A DNA stretch of 64,000 nt from the human T2T-CHM13v2.0 reference genome, Homo sapiens. Positions 51,053-64,000 of this stretch are shown piece after piece. Both the position numbers and the translations under genes were made by a program. Within the stretch, counting starts at the first letter, position 1. Every line of letters begins with the position of its first letter. The notes under the pieces are model-generated. The model ran no database searches, was not told the DNA's origin, and saw only the letters and a program-made list of their open reading frames with translations. The stretch is from NCBI RefSeq assembly GCF_009914755.1, contig NC_060926.1. One strand, written 5' to 3'.

Positions 51053-53581
51053 TTTAATTGTCACCTCCATCAGACTGTTAGGACACATAGGGAGCATTAT
51101 CTGTCACTGTGCTGCCCCCATTCCCAGCACAGAGTTGGGCACACAGTAATGATGGATGGGTGGATGGATGGATGGTTGGAGGAGGGCAAGTCTTGGGTCG
51201 AGCAGGAAGCTGGCAGATGTCCAGGGGTCTAGAATTAATTGCCAGCAGCTGCTGTCTTCAAACCTCCCCTGGATAGTGTGGGCTTTTGTGAGGCCCAGCG
51301 ACGAGGCTTGGGGGCCAGATGATTTCCAGTTTTGCTCTGCCCCTCTTCTATCATCTTTTGGGTGACAAGTGTGAGTGTGTTCTCATCTAACCAGGAATAT
51401 GAGGCCCCAGACCATCTGTCAGCCAGCACGAGCTCTGCCCTTCCTCCCCAGCAGCAGGGACAGGATGGAGAGGGTATGCTGTGATGATTAAGGAGCAGCC
51501 TCCAGTGCCAGGCCACCTGAGCGCCAGCCCTGCTCCACCACCTGCTCACTGTGTAATTTGGGGTACATTATTTTACTTTACTGTGCCTCGGGTGAGAGTA
51601 GGACTTGCTTTGCTGAGTTGCTGTGTGGATTTAGATAAGTTGATATGCACAAAGTGCTCACACTAGTTCCTGGCACATAGTAAGGAATGTGTGGTTCTAG
51701 TGCCCGTAATGCTAAGCCAGGCCCCCAGTCACCAGCCTGAAGCAGGGTTGTGGTCAATGTGAGGTCGGTTAGCATCAGTCTGAATTCAGGGTCAAGATGT
51801 GGCTATAGTTCCACCATATGTGGTTTGGGGTCTCCCGAGACATGCTTAGCAAGTTCCTCATTAAGCCATGAACACCCCCTTCAGGAGGTAGGCAGATGTT
51901 CTGGCTGCAGGGTGTGCTGGGGACAGAGGTGGTCTCCCCGCTTGCCAGCCCAGCATCCTCCGTGCCAGCCCATCCCAGGGAGGGGCCCAGAACCCTCCTC
52001 ACAGCCAGCTCCACGTGGCCGTGAGCACCAGGCACTGCCAAGGGCAGGCCCAGGCCCTGGCCATGCAGCACGTGGGAAACACTGGGCCTGTTGCCATGGT
52101 CCCTGCCCAGGAACAAGCTAAGTACCTACTATCCGCCTGCCAGGAGGAAGGAAGCCATATTCTGTTCTGGAAATGTCAAGTTGCTCCCCTACCCCTCAGC
52201 TCTGCACCATGCAGTGCCTGCCCCAGATAAGCCAGGCAGCTCTGCCCTAGGCCTCCACCTCCACAGCCCTAAAACCAGGCCTGGGGACTAATCAGAAGCA
52301 AAACCTACTCCAATTTCCCTTCCACCCAAAAACTGTCGGGACTTCTGTGTGATAAGAAAAGTCTGTGGGAATAAGGATATAGTGACACAGTATAGAGTGG
52401 CTTTTCTAAGGCTTGCTTTCTAGGAACCTGACAAACAACAAAATATGAGCAGTTCTATCCGCACATCAAACCTGGCTAGAACCTCAAGACCCAGTTTGGT
52501 CTTCTCCAGAAAGCCTTCCCTGATTGCACCAACCCACTATGCCTTCCTTTTCTCAATTCTGTCTGCAACTGTTCTAAATTAGCCCCTAAATAAGCACATT
52601 TGACTAGGCCAGAGGCCAAGCTGAGGGCAGCAGGAGGGGTGGGAGCAGACGCCCTCCCTGCACTAATGCTGTTCTCAGGTGGTTCCCACACCTGGGCCTC
52701 CCCATTGCCTCTCAGCTTGCCTGCAGCAGGCAAAAAGCAGCTGGCTGCTTATCCCCACCGGAGCACACATTCAGAACCATTTGTCAGCCTCGGAGTCTTC
52801 CCAAACCCAGCACTTGGGGGCAGGGGCAGGGGCGTAGGAAACCCAGCTGATCTGCAAACATACACAGAGCCTGCAGCCGGTCTTTCCTCTGCTCGCCCAG
52901 GTAGGAACCCTAGAGCCTTTGTGCTTGGAGGACTTGGAGAGGCTCCCTCCTCAGCTCCGTGTGTCCTGTGAGCAAAACTGCAATCCATGCAGGACCAATG
53001 GAAGCTGGTCCATCTCTTCTTGAAGCTGGCCCAGCTCTCTTTGTCCATTACTTATTTTACATCCAGAAAACGTTCCCTTATATCTGATTCTACTTCTTCA
53101 GGTCCCATTCCCCAGAGAGGTGGAGAACACTGTCTCCATCCTCACAAATCTGGCCCCGACTCAGTCTCTTTTGTTCACTCTCTCTCCTGAACCCCTCTCC
53201 CCCAGGTAACTAACTCCCCCTTGTCGGTAGCCTTCCCTGGTCAGCTAGGGGCTGCCCAAAGGACTCCACTGGGGCCTGAAAGCTTTTCCTCACCTCCAGG
53301 GCAGAAGCGAAGGGCTGCCCATAAAGTGGGGAGGCATCCAGCCCCCACCTCCAGGCTTCCCGCAGCCTCACTGAGCGTCCACCCCGCTGAAACCCCTGTA
53401 CGCCCCTGGCCTCAGGCGCATTTCTGAGGGGCAGCTTTTATCTTCCTCCCTTTATCTCTTTGCTCTTTTGGTGGCCTTCCTGAGTCCCTCCTCGTCACCC
53501 CACTCAGGACACCAAGGAATAAAGGTTCTATCAAACCATCTGGCTCAAGATGCATGCGGTAAGTAAGGAGTGGGGTACATT

Positions 53582-53700
53582 GCAGTGGTTCTAAACCCTA
53601 ACGGGGCTCAGCCATTACCCGAGGGGCTGGTGTCAGACTGGATTCTCTGGCCCCATGTCCCATGATTCTGAGTGGGTAGATCTCGAGTAGGACCTGCACC
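53582..53700. mobile_element. MER5-like hAT fragment
   Basis: gcagtggttctaaaccc...gattctctggcccc...gattctgagtgggtagatctcgagtagg. Confidence 0.55.
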
Positions 53701-53778
53701 CTCACCCAAGGTCACATCTCTTGTCTTCGAGCCCTGTGTTCAGCTGCACGGTAAGGGAACGGAGGGAAGAGATGAGGC

Positions 53779-54685
53779 CGTGCTCTTTAGGAAGTTCACC
53801 TGCTCTGCGGCTGCGCACACATGAAACCACTTAGCATAGTCAGCACTGATTAAACCGCCCGGCACTACACGGGGCAGTGAGTTGACTGCCTGCTCAGGGG
53901 AGGTGAGGGGAGCATTCAAAGGTGGCTTCATCGATGAGGCAGGACTTGGGCTGGATCTGGGGGCCTGGCAGAACCTGACTTGATGAAGGGAGAAGCAGAT
54001 ACATCCAGGCACGGGGACCGGGGCTCCACGGCTCTGGGGGAAAAAGTGCCAACGGCGGTGTTTCAGACACCGTGGCAGGCTGATGGATGGACCATTGGAG
54101 GGATTAACAAATGACGAGGACACAGAGAAGGAAAGGACGGAGAAGAAGAAAGAGCGCTGATATGGTTTGGCTCTGTGTCTCCGCCCAAATCTCATCTCAA
54201 ACTGTCATCCCCACACGTCAAGGGAGGAACCTGGTGGGAGGTGATTGGATCATAGGAGCAGTTTCCCCCATGCTGTTCTCGTGATGGTGAGTGAATTCTC
54301 ACGAGATCCGAGGGTTTTAAAAGTGGCAGTTTTTCCTGTGCTCACACTTCTCTTCCTTCTTGCCGCCATGTAAGATTTGTGTGCTTCCCCTTCCGCCGTG
54401 ATTGTATGTTTCCTGAGGCCTCCCCAACCATGTGGAACTGTGAGTCAATTAAACCTCCTCCTTTTATAAATTAGCCAGTCTCGGATATGTATTTACAGTA
54501 GTATGAGAATGGACTAAGACAAGTGGACTCCCCGAAAGGCTGGGATGAAATGTTTCAAATATCTAGGTCAACCCTAAATTCTGAGTTCTGATACCATTTT
54601 TCTCTTTCAATCATTAGGGTTAGAGTGAAAACGTGCTCTTTAGGAAGTTCACCTGCTCTGCGGCTGCACACACATGAAACTACTT
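53779..54685 (+). repeat. 54-bp direct repeat pair (52/54 identical) about 850 bp apart
   Basis: cgtgctctttaggaagttcacctgctctgcggctgc(g/a)cacacatgaaac(c/t)actt at 53779-53832 and 54632-54685. Confidence 0.95.
54158..54521 (+). mobile_element. THE1D-like solo LTR
   Basis: tgatatggtttggctctgtgtctccgcccaaatctcatctc...tgtgagtcaattaaacctc...ggactaagaca. Confidence 0.9.
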
Positions 54686-55059
54686 CCCAGGTTTGGGAGA
54701 GGAGCATGGCCAAGAGTGGTCCTGGGCACTGGGACCTAGGCAGGGTATCCTGCAGCCCCAGATCACCCTTTGCTTGGCACCAGCTCCCAGTGTCAGCCTT
54801 TCCTACCAGGGCAGCTGACCTCCAACCACCTAAGTACTGTGCAGACCCACTTCTTATTTTTCTACTGAAGTGTTTCATCTTTTCTTATTGATTGATGTAA
54901 GTCCTCTCGCATTTGCATTCTCTCTCTCTCTCTCTTTCTCTCCACCCCCACAACTGCTTTCACTATTGTTGCCTGTTTCACTGTCTTGTCCTTTATGCAA
55001 GATTCTCATTCTTGCTGCTCAGGTATAATTCCCTAGCAGTAAATACATTTAGGAGATTA

Positions 55060-55310
55060 TATTGCACAGTGGTTAAGAGACTATGCTCTGCAGCTACTCA
55101 GTTTGGGTTCAAAATCTATCTCCACTATTCATTAGCTATGTAACTTTGGGTGAGTTACTTAACCTCTCTGTGCCTCAGTTTCCTCACATTTGAAATGGGG
55201 ATAATAATAGTACTTTCTTCATGCAGTTGTTGAGAGGATTAAGTGAGAAAATTGTTGTAATGTTTAGCATAATGTTGAACACATAATCAATGTTCAAGTG
55301 AGAATTATTA
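55060..55310 (+). mobile_element. MIR SINE
   Basis: ttgggtgagttacttaacctctctgtgcctcagtttcctcacatttgaaatggggataataatag. Confidence 0.9.
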
Positions 55311-55879
55311 CTCTAAAATGGAATATATTGATCCTTTGTTTGTCATTTGTTACAAATGTACTAAGAATCAACTGCCCTCTGGGGTCGGTGGCGACTGTTA
55401 ACTGCAGGCTCTAAGTTTTGCTGAGCTTCAAAGATTGGGGTAGTTTTGCTTATGAGACAAAGCAGGGAAGAGCTGTACTGCTCTGCATAATAGAAAGGGA
55501 AGAATTTGGAAGTGGAGGACTCCTGGAAGGCAGAGTGAGGAGGAGAGATGGAAATGAGAGAGGAAGAGGTAAGAGTGAAAGAAAAACATGAGCAAGTTCC
55601 AGAATATGATGCTTCCCCAGGACCCTCAAACCTTCAGAGAAGCCCACTGGAGGCTTGGTGCAAATGTGATTCTTTTGGTCTGATTTCTGCACCCCAGATG
55701 ACATGAAGTGACATCAAGCCATGAAGCTGGGGGACATCAGAGCCAGTTATCCTTGGGTTTCCCTTGCTCCCTTAACTGATAAACCCAAACCATCAAGATG
55801 CCTAGGAGAACCAGGAGTTGATATTTGGATTATGCAAATAATTTTGAACCCAGTTTACCGTTAGGCTATGCATTTTCTC

Positions 55880-56915
55880 TGTGGTTGTGGTGGACACTGT
55901 GATACGCCTCCCAGATCTCCTTCTGGGACTGCAGAGCTTGCTCACCCAGTTGCAGAGAGCGCTGCTCACAAAAAGTTCTCAGTGGTTAGCCAACTTGCTC
56001 AAGATCACACGTGTAATAGCCATCCAATGTAACAAATTATTCCCAAGCAGAAGCCTAAAACATTTGTTGTCTTGAAGTCTGTGGGTTGGGAACATGGGAA
56101 CAGCTTAGCTGGGTGGTTCTGGTCTCTCATGAGGTAATAGTCAAGAGTTAGCCAGGGCTGCTGTCATCTAAAGGTTTGACTAGGGCTGGAGGATTGGCTT
56201 TTAAAGGTGCTCACTCAAATAGCTATAGGCACAAGGTCTTGGTTTCTCACCCAAGGGGCTCTATGGAGGGCTACCTGTGTGTCCCCACAACATGGCAGCC
56301 TTTCTTCCTTCAAAAGGGAAGTCCAGGAAGAAGCTGCTATGTCTTTTATGACCTAGCCTTGGAAGTCACATGCCATCATTTCTGCCACATGCTATTTGAT
56401 AGAGGTGACTCATAAAGACGTCCAGTCCTCCTGCAAAGGGAGAGGAATTAGAGCTTCCCAATTTGTGGACATATTTTTAAACCACCACAACCCTGCATTC
56501 CTGGAGGAACCCACATATCCAATTTATGGTCACCCAAGAATGTAAAGGCCAGGGCCCTTCCCCCAATTCAGGACTACTCTGAAGAGCCATACCAGCTTCA
56601 GAGCTCCCTGTGGGGTCAGCTGAAGCCTTCATTGAGATACAACACAGCTCAACTTCCCACTGCCCAATCCTTCCTTTCCTTTCATTTCCTTCCTTCCTCC
56701 TTTCTTTTCCTTTCCTTTCCTTTCCTTTCCTTCCTTCTTCCCTCCCTCCCTCCCTCCTTCCTTCCTTCCTTCCTTCCTTCCTCCTTCCCTCCCTCCCTCC
56801 CTTCCTTCACTCTTCCTTCCTTTTCACATGTGATGTTCCCAAGAGCACCCTCTGATCAACCTGCTACCCTCTGATTTCCACCTCAGAGTCAGCTTCCTAG
56901 ATAACACACCTGTAA
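55880..56915. mobile_element. Nested old LTR fragments (ERVL/MLT1-type) with an internal (CCTT)n tract at about 56668-56820
   Basis: cagcttagctgggtggttctgg...cctagccttggaagtcacatgccatc; agagccataccagcttcagagctccc. Confidence 0.55.
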
Positions 56916-56929
56916 AAATGGTGGTTGGG

Positions 56930-59900
56930 TTAATGTGCTAACGTATTTTTCTAGTGTTAAATCTAGCAATCTCTTTCTTTTTGGATTCTGCCCTGTGGGA
57001 GTGTTCAGAAAGGCCTTCCAATCCTGAGATGAGATAAATACCTAAATTTTGTTCTAGGTAATTTATGATTTCAAATATAATTGGAGGTTTTAGAACATGT
57101 CTTGTGAGATTGGGATCTAATTTCACTTTTTTTTCAGTGTTTCATCAATTGTCCTAGCACCAGTTTTTTAAAATAAGTTTTCTACTGACTTTAAATAACA
57201 CCTTTACATATGTACTAAATTCCACCATATAATTGAGTTTCTGAGTTTTTTATTCTACTCTAGACTCCAGCCAATTTTTTGATTGTTATATTTTTGAGGT
57301 AGATTCTAATATCTAAAAGTACAAGCCATTTTTCTTCTCTTTCAATATTGTCATGAGTTTATGCTTTTAGGATAATTATAGAGTCAATTTGACAAGTGCT
57401 CCACCTCCCAAAACTGCACTGAGATTTTGATTGGAATGTATTAAATTTATTGATGTCAGTTCTTCCAAAATATCTTTATAATATTAAAACTAACTTCCCA
57501 TCAAAGGACATATGTCTACTTATTAAAGTTTTGTTTGAAATGTTTTTTAAAGTTCTTTCTGGTATGGTTGTGTGTATGGAAGGGTATGCATGGGGAAGCA
57601 TGTATGTGATCCTGTATGAGGGGTTATGTGTGTGTAGGATGTGTGCACGTGTGTTTACATGGATCTCATTGTGCTTATTAAGCTTATTGCTAGATATGTT
57701 ATGGCTTTTATTGCTATTGGTGATACATTTTTTTTCTTCACTATGCCTCCTAGTTTGTTATTTTTAGTGTATAGGAAAGATTTGAGATCTATGTATCTAT
57801 TTTTGTTAATAAGCCACTGTCCCTTCTGTTTCTAATATTTTTCTAATTGCTTTGCTTTGGTTTTCTTAGGTAAACAATATTATAATCTGCAAATAGTGAC
57901 ATTTTTCTCTTCCACTTCAATATTTAGACCAACAAAGAGGAAAGCATGACCCTCAAGAGGAAGAACACATATTTGCCTTGTGCTAGTTTTGTCTCCTTTT
58001 TGCACACAAGTACTATATGTACATAGTTCAAAATTTTTTTAATTAAACTGACTTGAAATGCAACCATCTATCTTAACATTTGTATTTTCTTTTTCGATTA
58101 TTTTCTATGCAAATTTATATGTGTATATATTTTAAAATATGAATTTATAGATATAAAAGTAGACGTTATTTGTAACGTGGATTTTAAACTTTCTATATTA
58201 TGAAAGCATTTTCAGGAACATAAATATATCTATACCATACTTTCATATTGCTGTTATGTCTTTGAATTGTAATTTATTCAATTAAGCTTCTATTTTAGGA
58301 CATTGAAATTGTCTCCAATTTTTAGTATTCTAAATAGACTTACAATATACTTCCTTTTTAGAATAGTCTAATTACTGTGTCCTTGCCCTGTCCCAGTTAG
58401 GATAAATTCCTAGAAATGAAATTGGTGAGTCAAATGATATACATATTCTAAAAAATATTTGATTTACGCCATATTGTCCTACCAACAGTTATAAGGGGAT
58501 TTATAATTTTGTTCGTTTTGTTGGAGCTTGCCTCATCTTCGCTCTCACTAACTGATTTTATCATTCTTTTTCATCTTTGCCCATCTGAAAAAAAAAGAGG
58601 CATCTTATTTCAATGTGAGTTTCTTTGATTACTAGGCAGATTGAATACAGTTGGAAATTGTATCCTTCTTTTGAGACAAACTTACATAGTTGTCTAGATT
58701 TAGATTTTAAGAGGGGTGATTATGTAATTTTGTTATTAAATTTTCAGCATTCCATGCATATAAACAATATTAACCCCTTTTTGTTAGACATGTGGCAAAT
58801 ATTTTTCACAGTTTACATTATGACATAATAGCCATATAAAATCACATAGTAAATATCTGTGTATTCTGTCACATGGTCTTATGAAATATCAAGAACTCGT
58901 CAATTCATCTCAGAAAAAAACTTTTAAAAAAAGCAGCAAAACACTTCCATTATAGTTGATGTACTCCCTGTTCTTCCTCATGATTGTATTTCCATTACTC
59001 CCTTCCAAATCTAATCACTATCCTAATATTTTTGTCTATCATTCCCATGCATGTTTTAATAGCAGTAAAATATATATGTGTATCCATAATTGATGTATAT
59101 GATAACTGTTTTTTGTGTTTCATGTTTTGAAACATTACATAAATGGAATCATACTGTAATCTGTGTCCTTCCGTAATTTGTTTTGTTCAACATTATGTTT
59201 TAGAAATGTATTCATATTGAAATATCAGCTTTAATTCATTCATTTTAATGGAGGCATTATACTCTATTTTATAAGCGTACCACAATTTATCCCTTTTCCT
59301 GTATTAGGCACATAGGGTTTTTTCTAAATTATTATTAGAAGAACAACATTGCAATGAACATTATTGTACATGACTCTTTATGCAAGAGTTTCTCCAGGCA
59401 TATGCCAATACGTGAACTGTCTGCATAACTATGTACACATTTTCAGAGTCCCTAGATAGTGCCAAATAGTTTCCACAAGCAGTGGTACCATTTTACTCTC
59501 TTACGAATACTGTCTTTTTCACCCCAATTTCTAGTATTATCAGACTTTACATTTTGACAATGTTATGGGTGAAAAGTGGTATCTCATTGTTTTATTTTTA
59601 CATCTCCCTCATTGCAAGTGACTTTGGTTCTCTTTTCATGCACTCATTGGCCATCAGGGTTCCCTCTAAGGCAAATCCTTACATGGTTTGCCAATTCTAT
59701 TTTTCCTTCCCATTGAATTGCAGTATTCCTTTATAACTATACATGTTGCAGATTGTTCTACTGTCTCTGGTTGGCTTAATAAATTTGCATGGTGTCTTTG
59801 TCTCAAACCTTAATGTAATCTCACTTATCAGTCTTCTTCTTCAGAGTTTGGGCTGTGTGTGTTTGTTTTAAATACGTCTTTCCTTACCCAAAGATCACAA

Positions 59901-60350
59901 AGATAGTCTATACTTCCTTTTAAAAATTAAAAACTTTTGCTTTTCATATTTAGATCATTAATATACTTAGAATTTATCTTTTATATGGTGTGACATAGGG
60001 ATTTAATTTTATTCTTTCCAGATGGATAGCCTGCTCTCCCAGAACCATTTATGAAATAGTTCATCCTTTGCCACTGGTAAGTTACTGCCTTTTCTGGCAT
60101 ATCAACTTTCTGTATCTGAGTGATTCTGTTTCTGTGATCTCTGTCCTGCCCGACTGCTCTCCTTGCCAGTTCCTCCGATACCACATTATATGAATCAGAG
60201 CTTTATGGTGTCTTGATGCATGATCAAAAAATTTCCTGTGCAGGTTTTTTTTTCCGAAGTTGTTTTTTTAAAATGTAGTCAAATATAACATTTTCCCACT
60301 TATATTTAGTTTTGTGTTTGGAAAGGTATGCCCCACCCAAGATGGCATAA
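56930..60350 (-). mobile_element. Cluster of ancient L1 (L1ME-type) fragments
   Basis: AT-rich; ttttgattggaatgtattaaatttat, gataaattcctagaaatgaaattggtgagtcaa; L1 ORF2-like short ORFs (MKLDPNLT, YFINGSGRAGYP). Confidence 0.7.
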
Positions 60351-61689
60351 ATGTCAGAGGGACAATATATAAATAGTTGATAGCTTTTTCCATCCTTCTC
60401 TGTGCCAAAGACTATTCCGTATCTGTTTACTTAGATTCCTGTTTCTTTATCATGTTTACAAAGAATTGGTAGAAAGAGCTGCAGAATCAGAAGGAGCTAG
60501 AAAAGAGGTAGGGAGACTTTAAATAGAAAGAGAAATAATTCTAGTAAAAGAAAAAAGTCTATCTACAGGAGAGGGAAGAAGAAGACAGACTTGAGCCATG
60601 AATTCTCAGTTTCAGAAGTTTTTGTTGGAAGTTTAAGGGTGGAATAAGGACAGAATTTTGTAGCTACCAGTTGCTATGCATGTGGAGGACACAGAGAATC
60701 GCAGAGATGTGGGGAAAGTTTTTTAAATGTTTTGTGGTTCATCAAGAATGTTATTCTCTTATGCATGTGTATACTATCACTACAGCGCATTGGTGTTTAC
60801 TAGAGAGAGAAAAGATTTAAAGGTCTTTCAACTGTTTTTCTGTATGACGGTTTGACTGTTATTCTGTATAGACTGACTCTTATTCAATGTTGAGACTGAA
60901 CTGTAAGCTGCCCAGGTTTTATTTCAATAAGTAAAATTCACCCATTTGTTTTTCAATCTTTCATAATTCAATTTACGATTTATTTTAATATGTAACAAAT
61001 GTACATAGTAGAAAAGAGATGTCCCTCTCATGCCTGCTCTCCAGTCTCCAATTTATCTTCTTCAGAGGCAAATTGGATGACCAGTTTCTTAGGTAATTTT
61101 CAGATTTTTTTTCCACATAGAATGATGCACTATATAAAGTGTTTTATATGTTTTTGTCTCCACTGAACACTTTATTTGGAGATCATTCCTCATCAGTGAT
61201 GCATAAAGGTCTTCCTTCATATTTTGAAGAACAGCATCATATTTTATTATATGGACACAGCAGTGGATTTATTCAGTCCTTTGTAGTGGGCCTTTAAGTT
61301 TGTCCGGTGCTTTACTGCTGTAACTGGTATGTTGAACAAGCATGACTCATGACATCATCAAAAGACAACTTTTTCTTCTATCATTGCTTTACAAGTATTT
61401 CTTTAGGATAATACTTCCTGCCTTTGTTTGAAAATATTGGCTTTTCTCATGATTTTTCCCTTTTAGTCAAAAACACAGCATCAATTCAGAAGTTAGATCT
61501 ATTCCTATGTAATAAAACACTGAACTTGACCTACTGTTACATCTTTCCCCCTCTGGCAGGAAACCTGCAGTGGGGAAAGGGCCTTGTCTACCTGCCTCTC
61601 TTCCCTGCATCATCCCCCCACTAGTTGCTGTTCCATTACCCAGTGAGGGTCAAGGTGGGGCTGTTGGGGAGTGAGAAAGGAAAGGTGAA

Positions 61690-62545
61690 GGGAAGAAATC
61701 GTTGTTGTCATTTGGCTGAATGATTCTGAATTCTCTGCTTCTGATGGATGGCTCATGCTGCCTCCTTCTCTTATGGAGCTTTTTGGGAGTTTTGGAGGCA
61801 GCTCTTCCCTACAGTTCTTCTGATCTGTTCCTGATGGTCTTTTGGGACTCCTTGGCATGGGCATGTGGAGCTATCTCCTTCTTCTGACCTGTTCCTGGTG
61901 GTCTTTTGGGACTCCTTGGCATGGGCATGTGGAGGTATCTCCAACCTTGCTCCACCAAATTCTTCTTGGTCTTATTGAACCAGACCCAGGGAAACCTCGG
62001 GCTGGTCCTACCTTGGGCACATGGCCCATATCTGGTCTTGGAAACACTCATCTGTCCCTTGACCGAGGTGTCCCTGGTCCCAACACAGCAGTGATTGCAG
62101 GGCTCTGCCACTAAAAGTACAAGGCAGCCCTTCTTTGTCTTCTGGATTTCATAGAAGAGTCAATCCCTGGCCCCAGGCCAGTTTAGCACCCTCAAGTCCA
62201 GCGTGGGCATTGGTCTTCTGTGTCTCTCACTGCTGGAAGTTCCTCTTGAATTTATCCAAGAGATTCTATGCAACCCCCCTTCCTAGTTGTCATGGTAGGC
62301 TCCCACGCTGCTCCCCTAAAGGTACAGTGAGGACCCCATAAAAACAATAGCTCTAAAGAATTCCTTCTCCAAGTCTCCCACCCTGGCGGTCTCTGACCTT
62401 GTTTTCATCCTTGATCTGGCTGAGTAACCCAAGAATCATTGCACAGATTCTAGGCCAAATTCCTTTGTCCATCTACAGTAACAGAGGGATCCTATGACAC
62501 ATTCACTGTGGTGTCCTGAGCCAAGAAGATTTCCATGCTAGTATC
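61690..62545 (-). pseudogene. Possible ancient processed pseudogene of an RRM protein (SNRNP35/SNRNP70-like)
   Basis: Intronless, GC-balanced island inside L1 DNA; broken frames SQIKDENKVRDRQGGR..SYCF, AYHD, PR/GLEG and GARD*LF, compared from memory with SNRNP35 VRDLVTG..GYAF, AYRD, PRRLGGG and GGRDRPF. Confidence 0.3.
61815..61942. repeat. 64-bp tandem duplication (3 mismatches)
   Basis: Units 61815-61878 and 61879-61942. Confidence 0.95.
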
Positions 62546-62554
62546 TTGTTATAA

Positions 62555-64000
62555 TATCATAAATAACACTGCCATTAATATTCTTGTCCAAAGATATTTA
62601 TTTATGCACATGGACCGGTATATCTACATGAATTGCCAGATGAATTAACAGAAAAGAAATGGTAGGGCCAAAGCGTATGAGCATCCTTTTATTTTACTAG
62701 ATATTGCCAAATAGCCATCCAAAGAGTTGCACAAATTTTCTCTTCACAAAAAATGTATGAGTACCTGTTTCCCACCCCCTTGATTAGCTTCATATTTACA
62801 TCTACCTGGATTTATTCTGATATAAATCATATTTTAACTCCTCGCATATACTCCAGTCCCACATATATTAAACAGTAAATTCAAGTGTATTTACTGAATA
62901 AATGTATCTTTTCCCCACTGAAATGCCACTTTGATCTTGCAATACATTCTTGAATATTTCTGGACTTTTTCTGGGCTTTGTGTTTTGTTCCAACTGATGT
63001 GTTTTGTCTATTCCTGTCCTAGTTCCATATGATTGTGATTATTGCAACTTTATTATACATTTTAATATTTGGTAGGAAAACTCCCATTTCATTACTCTCC
63101 TTTTTCAAAAATTCCCTAAATCTTCTCAAAATTTATTCTTTCAGTGACTTGTAGAATCAATTTGCCTAGCTCTAAAAAAAATCCATATGGATTTCTATGA
63201 AGATCACAAAAAATTTATAATTTGTGAGAAATTGGAAACTTCCCAGTATTAAATGTTCCCAAATGAGAACGTAATAGTCTCATTAGTTATTTTTTAAAAT
63301 TTTATCATTCAAATGAGCTTTGTAATTTTATTCATACAATCTATTCCTGTCTATTTCTATAAACCTAAATATGTATGACATTACATATTTGTTACTATTG
63401 TATTAAATCATTTTCCCATTAATTTTTAGTTACTATTGACATACAAAAATCTTATTTTTGAACAATCTTTCTAGTCATTTTTAGCTTGTTTTCTTGGGCT
63501 TTCTAAATAGGTAATCGTATTATCTGTAAGTAATGATAACATTACTAACTCCATTCTAACATCTATACTACTTATTTGAATTTTGTTTAATTCCCAAGGT
63601 TTTCATGGCTACCACAAAATTAAATTTGTAAAATTCACATCTATTAATGTCTCCAAATCTTGACAAAAGTTGTGAGGATACATGCCAAAATGTTAACCGT
63701 AGTTATTTTGTCATAACTTCTGTATTTTGGTAATATTTACAGTAAATATCAGCAAAGTCAGCAAAACTAATTTCTGCAATTAATTTGAATCTATATTTTT
63801 GTAGTTATCCAAGTCAAGAATGAAAAGAGTATCTACTCTTCTACTTCTAGTGATGATGAATTAACAGAGATAGGATTTGCCCTCCAACCTAAACAATTAG
63901 AAGTTGAAATAAATGAAATGACTATTTTTAGATATTGGACAATAGGCAGCTGAGCATTATGGTTCCTGAAGAAAGAAAAACAAATGACGAGATCCCTATG
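62555..64000. mobile_element. Ancient L1 fragments (antisense to about 63600; 5'-region-like sense fragment at about 63830-64000)
   Basis: atattgccaaatagccatccaaagagttgcacaaattt; tagaatcaatttgcctagctc. Confidence 0.6.

Overview
Primate, most likely human, genomic DNA: Alu, MIR, L1, L2, L3/CR1, MaLR LTRs, hAT DNA transposons and microsatellites. I can support no intact protein-coding gene, RNA gene or CRISPR array; the long ORFs in the supplied track are repeat-derived or chance. The main signal is a decayed multi-exon gene on the minus strand at about 38074 to 26480, possibly extending to about 25150. Read by eye through splice sites, it gives a Kozak ATG with a signal-peptide-like exon, phase-matched to a CUB-domain exon. 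Next come an EGF-like exon, probable sushi/CCP exon(s), about five fibronectin type III repeats (two opened by 16-18 nt microexons) and a Ser/Thr/Pro-rich stalk. Stops, frameshifts and GT>AT donor mutations disrupt it, so it is a candidate unitary pseudogene whose domain order matches no human gene I can name. Secondary observations are a CpG-rich element with an HNF1-type site, motif-dense candidate enhancers, an extended CTCF-like motif, a (GGAA)15 microsatellite, several local duplications, a diverged L2-like minisatellite and a possible very old RRM (SNRNP35/SNRNP70-like) retrocopy near 62 kb. All repeat subfamily calls, repeat boundaries and domain calls are manual pattern recognition, not database results.
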